58,576 bases of DNA. Source: an uncultured beta proteobacterium (GTDB lineage: Bacteria > Pseudomonadota > Gammaproteobacteria > Burkholderiales > SG8-39). The stretch covers positions 1-58,576 of the forward strand of contig CADECO010000002.1 in assembly GCA_902825905.1 (NCBI GenBank). The letters are read 5' to 3'. A program made the translations under genes and the position numbers. The notes below the pieces were generated by a model. The model saw nothing but the letters and a program-made list of their open reading frames with translations, did not search any database and was not told the origin of the DNA. Of this stretch, positions 17,058 through 24,250 are shown one piece after another (position 1 is the stretch's first letter; each line of letters starts with the position of its first letter).

Positions 17058-17465
17058 ATGAACCTAGTCCTAATCACTGGCACCGTGAGCAGCGTGCTCG
17101 CCGAGGGCGACGATCCCGCGGTGCTCATCGAGACCTTCGAAGACGCCCCGCAAGTCGTGTTGACCCGCGTGAGCGGAGCGGTCGCGTATGCAGAGGGCGA
17201 GCACATTGAAGCACGCGGGCGTCTCTTGACCGAATCGGTCTGCGTGGGCGGTACCGTGGTGTGCACGACAGATGGCAGGCCGATCCACCGCTCGGTCTTT
17301 CAGGCTGAATGCATCACCCCGATAGCCACCGACCAGTCGAACGTACACCACCACCGTTCGATGACGCTCGCACCCGCCGCTTTTCCTCGACCGGCCGCAC
17401 TTCCGGTTCTGATTTCATCGAAGGAGTCCAATCATGGGCCGATCCCTGAGCTTCCCTGGCGGTGA
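17058..17465 (+). CDS. Small OB-fold-like protein (SSB/PriB-like), tentative
   Basis: ATG at 17058 after AGGAGAAG. MNLVLITGTVSSV.....DPAVLIETFED.PQVVLTRVSGAVAY..GEHIEARGRLLTE resembles the N-terminal strand pattern of PriB/SSB-type OB folds (MN.L.L.GTV...). It overlaps the primase start by 32 nt. Confidence 0.45.
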   Translation: MNLVLITGTVSSVLAEGDDPAVLIETFEDAPQVVLTRVSGAVAYAEGEHIEARGRLLTESVCVGGTVVCTTDGRPIHRSVFQAECITPIATDQSNVHHHRSMTLAPAAFPRPAALPVLISSKESNHGPIPELPWR

Positions 17466-18534
17466 CGTCTTCGAGCGCGCCAAGCGCATTTCACTTAGCG
17501 CCTTCCTGGAACGCGAGCTGGGTGTCACGGCGAAGTGCCGCGGCCGCTTCGTACGGTTCTCGAGCTGTCCGGACGCCACGTGCCGAGCAGCGGTGAATCC
17601 TCGCAGCGAACGCCTACTGGTGCGGGACGATGCCGGTTTTCGCTGTTTTCGCTGTGGGGCGCGCGGCTCGATCATCGATGCGGCGATGCGGTTGTGGGGC
17701 CTTGCGACACCGTTGGATGCCGCACGTGCCGTGCTGAACGAACCGAACGCACCGCCGCGGATCCTGTGTCAGCCCGATCCTCGTTTGCTGGAGGAAGCGA
17801 GGCAGCACGAGTCTGTCCTCGTGGAAACGCTGCACCGTCTTCGTGCCGCAGCCGATCTGGCGGGCCAAGACGAACGCAATCTGCGCTATCTGTGCGAGGA
17901 GCGTGCCATTCCGCTGGCGGTAGTGCGCGAGGCACAGCATCGCCGCTTGCTTGGCTTCCTACCTTCATCGCGGCGCGCAGCCACCCGGCTGATCACCGAG
18001 CGCGTCGGTGGCGATCTGCTCACGCACTCAGGCCTTTGGAACTGTAGTCGTTCCGAATGCCCGTGGATCGCCTCGCGCCCGATCGTGTTCTTCTTCCCTG
18101 GCATGACCGCCGCGGAATTTCGGTTGAATCGACGGCCGCGCACCGATGAGAAGAAGTGTTTGCAGCGCGGCAGCACCCAGTACCCGTGGTTCTGGCGCGG
18201 AACCGATGCGACCCGTGCCATCGTCGTCGAGGGCTTCATCGATTTGCTCTCGGTCGTTGCGCTGGGTTATCCGGGACACGTCATCGGCGTACCGGGTTGC
18301 AACCACTGGGAGCCTGAGTGGTTCGCACGCATGCAAGCGCAAGGGGTGAGGCATATCGACATCGGCTTGGATGATGATGTGCAGTGTGCCGACAACCCCG
18401 GCCAGACCTGGGGCGCGTTCCTCGCCGAGTATCTCGATGAACTGGGCCTGGAGTACTGCATCACCAAGCATCCCGGTGGCGACATGAACGATCTGTTGCG
18501 TGCGCGGCATGTCCCGCAAGCGATGTGTGCATGA
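17434..18534 (+). CDS. Toprim-domain DNA primase (zinc-finger + TOPRIM, DnaG/TraC-like)
   Basis: N-terminal Cys-rich finger (F.SCPD.TC......S..L.V.....FRCFRCGARGSIID). C-terminal TOPRIM (AIVVEGFIDLLS...........GVPG......W........G...I.IGLDDD). Confidence 0.8.
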   Translation: MGRSLSFPGGDVFERAKRISLSAFLERELGVTAKCRGRFVRFSSCPDATCRAAVNPRSERLLVRDDAGFRCFRCGARGSIIDAAMRLWGLATPLDAARAVLNEPNAPPRILCQPDPRLLEEARQHESVLVETLHRLRAAADLAGQDERNLRYLCEERAIPLAVVREAQHRRLLGFLPSSRRAATRLITERVGGDLLTHSGLWNCSRSECPWIASRPIVFFFPGMTAAEFRLNRRPRTDEKKCLQRGSTQYPWFWRGTDATRAIVVEGFIDLLSVVALGYPGHVIGVPGCNHWEPEWFARMQAQGVRHIDIGLDDDVQCADNPGQTWGAFLAEYLDELGLEYCITKHPGGDMNDLLRARHVPQAMCA

Positions 18535-18570
18535 GTGTTATCGCGTAGCTCTGATCGTCAAACTTCACAA

Positions 18571-18605
18571 AGCCGCTCGGAACTCCCCGGGCGGCTTTTT
18601 TGTTT
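18571..18605 (+). terminator. Rho-independent terminator after the primase gene
   Basis: AGCCGCTCGG-AACTCC-CCGGGCGGCT (one mismatch) followed by TTTTTTGTTT. Confidence 0.6.
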
Positions 18606-18794
18606 CGGGGCGCCGAAACTTCTTCACGCGTTTCACCGGACGGGAATAAATGTTCGAAGGGGCAGGGATGTAGCCGAATCGATCAACGCAGGCTCCTCCT
18701 CCTTGCGTGGCGTTCCTGCCCCTTCACTTTTTTTCTTCACAATTTTCTTCACACGAGAGGTCGGGGCGTGGTGCGTCGATGCATCGAACCGGTG

Positions 18795-19835
18795 ATGGGG
18801 CTTGTCCGCATGGCGGTATTCGCCAGCGTGATGACGGCCGCATCCCTCGTTCACGCACAAGCGAGTTTGCGCCCGATGAGCCCGCCAGAGATCGCCGGTC
18901 GGGTCAACTGGCAGCCCCAGTGCAGCAACTACGCGATCCTGGGGTATTGCTATTGCAACGGCGTGCCGTGCGCGTGGCATGTCGCGCACTACCTGCCGGT
19001 GTCCTTCATCGAAACCGTTCGCCGTCCCGGCGAAACGCTGGTCGTCGGGCTCGATTTCTCGCAGATGTCGCTCGCCGCCGGCGCAGGCCTTGCCGGGCAT
19101 ACCCGCCAGATCAACCAGGAGGGCATGGACAACACCTTCGAGGCGCGTAACTACTCGCTCCCCGAGCAGTACTTGCAGTGGGAAACCGGCTGCATGACCT
19201 GCAAGTCGAGCTACGCGAAGGTGCCTTACAGCGACACCTCGAACGGTTTGGTGGGTAACTGGGGCAGCGGCGCCTGCGGAACGTTGAGCAACGTCCTCAA
19301 CAAGCTCACCTCGTTTCAACGAGACAGCGGCTCGGGGCAGGGCACCTCGATGTCGCTCTACTACGCCAGCGAAGCCGATGCCTTGCATTGGCGTACCGGC
19401 TGCCGCGACGTGTCGCTGACGAATCTGCTGCGCTCGAACGCCTTCACCTGCGGCGCGAATGGCCTGGCCGAGTTTGCCGGAGCGGCCGAGCCGATGGCGC
19501 AACTCCTCGGTCGCGACGCGTGCATCGGCAATTGGAGTCCGCACTATCCGCGTCAGATGCGCACCCGCGGTCCGACTCAGGTGATCGCCGCCGCGGTCGC
19601 GGCGTACCGCAGCATCAGCATCGCGCGCACCGACACACAGACCTTCCCGTTTCCGGTGGATACCGCGGGGAAGTTCCAACTCGCCTATCCGAAGATCAGC
19701 CAGTGCGTAAGGCCGGGAAAAGTCCCCCTGCCCACCGACATGCGACCGAGCCCCGATGGCGCATTCGGCTGGATCTACTGGCGACCGGTGAGCTGCTGCA
19801 TCCCGTTCGAAGTCGTCGAGAACTGTTTCAGTTGA
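18795..19835 (+). CDS. TraU-family protein (F-type / ICE PFL_4710-like pilus assembly protein)
   Basis: An ATG at 18795 gives the signal peptide MGLVRMAVFASVMTAASLVHAQA. The protein is Cys-rich with TraU-like landmarks: GYCYCNG.PC, CIGNWSPHYPRQM (compare GxWGxxYPR), FQLAYPKISQC..PG, and the C-terminal FGWIYWRPVSCC (compare F TraU GYLMWRKRNC). Confidence 0.75.
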   Translation: MGLVRMAVFASVMTAASLVHAQASLRPMSPPEIAGRVNWQPQCSNYAILGYCYCNGVPCAWHVAHYLPVSFIETVRRPGETLVVGLDFSQMSLAAGAGLAGHTRQINQEGMDNTFEARNYSLPEQYLQWETGCMTCKSSYAKVPYSDTSNGLVGNWGSGACGTLSNVLNKLTSFQRDSGSGQGTSMSLYYASEADALHWRTGCRDVSLTNLLRSNAFTCGANGLAEFAGAAEPMAQLLGRDACIGNWSPHYPRQMRTRGPTQVIAAAVAAYRSISIARTDTQTFPFPVDTAGKFQLAYPKISQCVRPGKVPLPTDMRPSPDGAFGWIYWRPVSCCIPFEVVENCFS

Positions 19836-19990
19836 GTGAGAGTTGGTCAATGAACGTGCGAGGTGTCGCGCAGTGAATCGCACGGTGCAAAACGCGCGCT
19901 GGCGAACGTCGGATGCTCGGGCGGTACGCGAGTGAGACATCGCGATACGTAGAAACGCGTGGTGCATCGCCACGCTGATGGGAGGAAGTG

Positions 19991-21187
19991 ATGGTGAGCA
20001 CCACCGTGCCGTCATTCGAGGACTTCATCGCGGCGAACGAGCGCTCGGTGAAGGCGTTCGCTGCGAAGTTCGATCTGCCGCGCGACGAAGTGGTGAACAC
20101 CGCCTATGTCGCCTGGAGCGAGGCGCGCGAGGTGTACTCCCCCAACCATCCCAGCCGCGCCAAGTTCAACACCTTTGCCGTCGATAAGCTGCACGGCATG
20201 CTGTTCGCCGGCACCACCGATCCGTGCGCGTTCGCCCAGAGCGCCGACACGAAGTACGAGGAATACGCGCTCGGCGATCAGAAGTTCTTCGAGCCCAGGG
20301 ACCGTGGACTCGAATCGGGACGCGAGCCCGGCGGCGCGGTGGACGAGCTGGTCGAGGATTTCCTCACGCGCGCCTACAGCGACCTGGCCTTCGACGATGC
20401 GATCCGCGGACATGCGGTCTACGCGCATCCGCACTATCGCGTCGTCATCGACGGGGTGCTGGCCAACATACCGCGCCCCGAGCTCGCGGCACGGCTCAGT
20501 CTCACGCCGCGGCGGGTCTATCAGATGCTCTACGAAATCGAGACGATCATCCGTCGCAACGATCCGATCCTGGATGATCGATTAATCGCGATACCTCCGG
20601 ACGGAGTGCTCGATGCCGATCCGGTCCGGCTCCGCAATCTGGGCTCGCTGTCGTTCAAACCGCTCAAAGAGCTCGATCGCGATCTTCTCGTGGCAACCCT
20701 TCGCGTCCAGATCAAACACGGCCAGCTGGTGCCGGTGGTGATCGACCAGTTCTACCGGGTGCTGGTCGGTGATTACGAATGCGGTGCGGCGCACACGTTG
20801 GGCATTGCAGCGATCAAGACCATCCTGCGGCCGATCGGTCAGGGCAAGGAATCGCGCGACGATGAACGGTTCGCCGCGCTCAAGCGCGAGCTCGATCTCA
20901 CCGACGCGCGCCCAACCTATCAGCTCGAGCTGATCGATTCGCTCAAGAAACGGGTGCAGAAGGGCTCGCTCGGGCCCCTGGTCGGGGCACGGCTTGCCCA
21001 TCTGCCGTTGCGCCAGCAGGAGCATGTGACCGGGCAGCTCGGCTGGTACGTGACAGCGCTCGAGATCGACGAGGCCAACGAGCTGGTGGCGGCCCATCAC
21101 GCCGGACGCCTGGATCGGGTGCTCGAGCGAATCGCCAACGCCATGCATGCCAAAGCCGATCGGGAGCGCGCAAAGAGGGCGCAGTAG
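19991..21187 (+). CDS. Fusion protein: sigma-70-like N-terminal region + ParB/Srx-like N-terminal domain
   Basis: ATG at 19991 after GGAGGA. Region-2-like VVNTAYVAWSEAREVYSPNHPSRAKFNTFAVDKLHG; region-4-like HTH PRPELAARLSLTPRRVYQMLYEIETIIRR; then a ParB-box-like LVPVVIDQFYRVLVGDYECGAAHTLGIAAIKTIL. Similarity was judged by eye. Confidence 0.6.
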   Translation: MVSTTVPSFEDFIAANERSVKAFAAKFDLPRDEVVNTAYVAWSEAREVYSPNHPSRAKFNTFAVDKLHGMLFAGTTDPCAFAQSADTKYEEYALGDQKFFEPRDRGLESGREPGGAVDELVEDFLTRAYSDLAFDDAIRGHAVYAHPHYRVVIDGVLANIPRPELAARLSLTPRRVYQMLYEIETIIRRNDPILDDRLIAIPPDGVLDADPVRLRNLGSLSFKPLKELDRDLLVATLRVQIKHGQLVPVVIDQFYRVLVGDYECGAAHTLGIAAIKTILRPIGQGKESRDDERFAALKRELDLTDARPTYQLELIDSLKKRVQKGSLGPLVGARLAHLPLRQQEHVTGQLGWYVTALEIDEANELVAAHHAGRLDRVLERIANAMHAKADRERAKRAQ

Positions 21188-22159
21188 ATGCGCATGTCCT
21201 CGGCCGCCGCGCTGTTGGATGACGCGGTCCATCGTATCGGTCTGCCAGCGGAGACGCTCATCTGGTTACTGGAGAGCGAGATCGAGGCCTACTACCTCGC
21301 GCGCGGCCAATATGCGCGGGCGCGGGTGAGTCTCACCGCTGGTGTTCCGAAAGTGGAGGCGGTGGAGATCGCGCCGGTCGGTGCTATGTGGCCTGAGCAG
21401 CGCTTCGCCTCGGTATGGCAACCGTCACCGGACGCCTTTCGGCGCGTGGTCGACGACTACGCCCGTCATCAGATCGGTCAACTGGGTTGGGAGGTTACGC
21501 GGGCGCGTTGCGTCGCGATCAAAGACCAATATAGTTTGGTTGAGTTGTCCGACCATCCTGCGCTCGAGGGCGAGATCGCGGTGTTGCCGAACGCATTGCT
21601 CGGCGCGAGAGAGGCGAGCCTCTGGCGCAAGGGGATGGAGCGCTACGTGGCGGTGTATCAACCGCGCCGCGAACACTACGATGGCGCCGAACCGTGGCGC
21701 GCGCTCGAGCCGCGCTTCCTGGCCACGCGCCGGCACAGCATCTTTCTGCGGTCGTTGGTGCGTAACTTCGTCGGCATCTTCCCGCGCGCCGAGATCATCG
21801 GCGAGTTCGGGCTGTTGATCCTCGATTCGGACACGGACTTGGGAGCCTTCCTGGGCAAGGGTGGTGAGAACGTGCGGGCACTGGCCGAGCTTGCGGGCCT
21901 CACCGCAATCAAGGTCGCCCATGAGCCAAGCTCTCCGCGTCCGGAGGGACGCTTGAAGAGCGCGATCGAGCAGATCACGCCGGTTCGCCCAGCCGATGTA
22001 GCGATCACGCCACCAGCGCGAGAGCAAGATCCGTGGACGATCGCGGTGCGCGAAGACGAAACCAAGCGGCTGCTCGGACGAAACGGCAATCGGCTCACCA
22101 TGATCGCGCGGCTTGCCGGTGTGCGCGTACGGGTCGAGTCTCGACGCATGGGAGGATAG
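21188..22159 (+). CDS. NusA-like protein (S1-like segment + two KH-type GXXG motifs)
   Basis: It starts on the base after the preceding stop. ATRRHSIFLRSLVRNFVGIFPRAEIIGEF parallels the NusA LSRTHP.FL..LF..EVPEI..G.VEI. The KH motifs are DLGAFLGKGGENVRALAELAGLTAIKV and RLLGRNGNRLTMIARLAGVRVRVES. Confidence 0.55.
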   Translation: MRMSSAAALLDDAVHRIGLPAETLIWLLESEIEAYYLARGQYARARVSLTAGVPKVEAVEIAPVGAMWPEQRFASVWQPSPDAFRRVVDDYARHQIGQLGWEVTRARCVAIKDQYSLVELSDHPALEGEIAVLPNALLGAREASLWRKGMERYVAVYQPRREHYDGAEPWRALEPRFLATRRHSIFLRSLVRNFVGIFPRAEIIGEFGLLILDSDTDLGAFLGKGGENVRALAELAGLTAIKVAHEPSSPRPEGRLKSAIEQITPVRPADVAITPPAREQDPWTIAVREDETKRLLGRNGNRLTMIARLAGVRVRVESRRMGG

Positions 22160-22162
22160 TTC

Positions 22163-22681
22163 GTGTCGAGCACGGTCATCTGCGTAATTGGCATCGCATC
22201 GACCCTGGCCAGTGTTCAACCGAAGCTTGCGCCGGACACGCGCAATTGGATCGCCGGCAACGTCTGTGCGGCCGCGAACGATGCTGCGGTCGATCCGCGC
22301 CTGTTGGTCGCCTATCTGCTGACCGAGAATCGTGGCATCGATCTATGGTCGATCCGGCCAGCGGCGCTTGGCAACGATCATGGGTTGTTTCAGATCAACA
22401 GCTACTTCCAGAAGAGCCGCCCGCACTTGCGCGATGTGCATCATCCCTACTACGGTGCGCTGACTGCCGCACAGGTGATGAAGGACAACCTGAAGCAGTT
22501 CGGGTGGACGTGGCAGGCGTTTGCAGCCTATTGGTCACCCGGACAATCGCAAGCAGGGACGCCAGCCGCGCGCGCGTACTACGCGCGTTACGCAACGAAC
22601 TATCAGCTTGCAAATCGATTCTTCACGCAAGCCGGCAACAGCGAACAGCCCCGAACCTCGGTTCAAGGTCACAAGCAATGA
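22163..22681 (+). CDS. Lytic transglycosylase (SLT domain; VirB1 / R64 PilT-type)
   Basis: LLVAYLLTENRG (catalytic E), then DHGLFQINS and AYWSPG (compare AYN.G). GTG start 3 nt after the upstream stop. Confidence 0.8.
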   Translation: MSSTVICVIGIASTLASVQPKLAPDTRNWIAGNVCAAANDAAVDPRLLVAYLLTENRGIDLWSIRPAALGNDHGLFQINSYFQKSRPHLRDVHHPYYGALTAAQVMKDNLKQFGWTWQAFAAYWSPGQSQAGTPAARAYYARYATNYQLANRFFTQAGNSEQPRTSVQGHKQ

Positions 22682-22693
22682 TCTTGTAGCAAC

Positions 22694-23206
22694 CTAGAAA
22701 CCGATCCGCCGCTTCGGTGGTTCTGGCGGTGGAACCATCAGTTTCTTGATCAGGGCGTAGATTTCAGCAACCGCCTCATCGGTAAGATCGAGCTTGCGCT
22801 CGAGGCGGGAGAGTTTTGCGGCAAGCTCCTTATGCGTGGCAAGCAACTCACGCAGTCGCACGAATGCGCGCACGACAAGGATGCTCATCTCAACCGCCCG
22901 CTCGGAGCGAAGGACACTTGCGAGTTGGAGCGCGCCGTGCTCAGTGAAGGCATAGGGAGCCGTTCGTCGACCACCCCAACTTGAGATCACGGATTGTGAT
23001 CTCAAGTCTTTCCACTCCTGCGCGCTGAGTTGAAACATGAAATCGGGCGGGAAGCGCTCGGCGTTGCGCTTCACCGCTTGCACGAGCGCGCGGGTCTCGA
23101 CGTCGCACAGCGCAGCGAGATCCCCATCGAGGAGGACACGCAACCCGCGGACTACGCGGATCTGTCCGCTCACGGACTCGATAGGTACGACACCCGTACT
23201 TTTCAT
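22694..23206 (-). CDS. ORF6N-domain (KilA-N-related) DNA-binding protein
   Basis: I.VVRG.RV.LD.DLA.L..VET..L.QAVKRN..RFP.DFMFQLS..EW..LRSQ.V.S.WGG.R..PYAFTE.G...L.SVL.S..AV..SI..VRAFV.LR matches the ORF6N family. It is the only minus-strand gene inside the island core. Confidence 0.8.
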   Translation of the reverse strand: MKSTGVVPIESVSGQIRVVRGLRVLLDGDLAALCDVETRALVQAVKRNAERFPPDFMFQLSAQEWKDLRSQSVISSWGGRRTAPYAFTEHGALQLASVLRSERAVEMSILVVRAFVRLRELLATHKELAAKLSRLERKLDLTDEAVAEIYALIKKLMVPPPEPPKRRIGF

Positions 23207-23390
23207 AGGCCAGTTATATCGCGAGATCGGCTGATCGACCAGTTGTCGCGCAGGCTCGCAATGTCAAACCTTGACGGGGCTTCTACCCAGCGGCGGAATT
23301 CGCTGGCCTCGCTTCACTCCCCAGGAATAAATGGTTGAAGCGCGCCACTAGCCGGCACACCGCCAGTTATCGCGCGAACAGGAGAGCGCG

Positions 23391-23942
23391 ATGGCAAGCG
23401 AGCCGAACGAGGGCGCGAACTCGGGGGTCCCGGACCACGACCGGCGCGAAGCGACGCTGACCGAGATCAACTACGGCCTCAATCGCCAGACCAACGACCG
23501 GCGCTTGTACGTCGTGCGCCGTCTCATCCAGACCCCGGGCGCGCGCGTGTTCGTGCCGCGCAGCGCGGCCGGCGCCAACCTATTCAGCCGCATCGTCGAT
23601 CTGGACGCGATTTATGCCCGATGCGAGCAGAAACTCTGGCGCCGCGCTACGTCCGATGCCATGACCGACAAGCAAGAGCTCGAGCGCCAGTTGATGGAGC
23701 TCAACACCACGCTGGTCGATATCGCCGCGCACATGGCCGTCACGCACGGCGTGGAGGACAAAGGTTTCGATGCCGCAGTCGTCGCGCGGGTACGCGACAT
23801 GCGAGCGCAAGCGAAGGCGTCCAGTGATACGCCCTCCGCCGCGACCAGCAAGCCGCGCAAGGAACGCGTTGTCAATCCGGTGGTGGTCGAGCCGCCACCC
23901 GCCGAAGTAACGACCGCGGGCAGCGCGACGTCGCCTGCGTGA
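23391..23942 (+). CDS. Hypothetical protein
   Basis: A 183-aa ORF in series with the pil genes, with a coiled-coil-like centre and a Pro/Ala-rich tail. I recognise no family. Confidence 0.5.
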   Translation: MASEPNEGANSGVPDHDRREATLTEINYGLNRQTNDRRLYVVRRLIQTPGARVFVPRSAAGANLFSRIVDLDAIYARCEQKLWRRATSDAMTDKQELERQLMELNTTLVDIAAHMAVTHGVEDKGFDAAVVARVRDMRAQAKASSDTPSAATSKPRKERVVNPVVVEPPPAEVTTAGSATSPA

Positions 23943-24250
23943 GCGAGGGGACGAGCGCGATGCGTGTGGGCGAGTTCGTCGGTTGGAGCGCGGTGGTCGG
24001 CATGTCGATCTGGGCCGGCAGCATCGCGATCGCCGATCGCGTGGACAAACCGGTCGCGGTGTGCCGCCCGCTCGCATGGGGTGCCGAATTGCTGCGCGAT
24101 GCGCTCGCCGCGATCAAGCCGGGCAGTTTTCTGGACGCGACCGGGGACTCGATCCGCGTGGGCACCGCGCGTGCGTGCCTCGCGTACGTCGGCAACTACC
24201 TCCAAGTGACCCAGTCCTCGCCGCCGCAACGGGACGGAATGGCCCGATGA
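23939..24250 (+). CDS. Hypothetical small membrane protein
   Basis: The GTG start overlaps the upstream stop. One TM helix (VGWSAVVGMSIWAGSIAIA). Its stop overlaps the next start (ATGA). Confidence 0.4.
   Translation: MSEGTSAMRVGEFVGWSAVVGMSIWAGSIAIADRVDKPVAVCRPLAWGAELLRDALAAIKPGSFLDATGDSIRVGTARACLAYVGNYLQVTQSSPPQRDGMAR

Noticed and set aside
18633-20015. 460-aa minus-strand ORF, the longest unassigned ORF in the track
   Set aside because: It lies antisense to the TraU-like gene and the start of the sigma/ParB gene. It is extremely Arg/Ala/Gly-rich, has no recognisable motif, and its frame mirrors the codon positions of the + strand genes. This is a typical high-GC shadow ORF.
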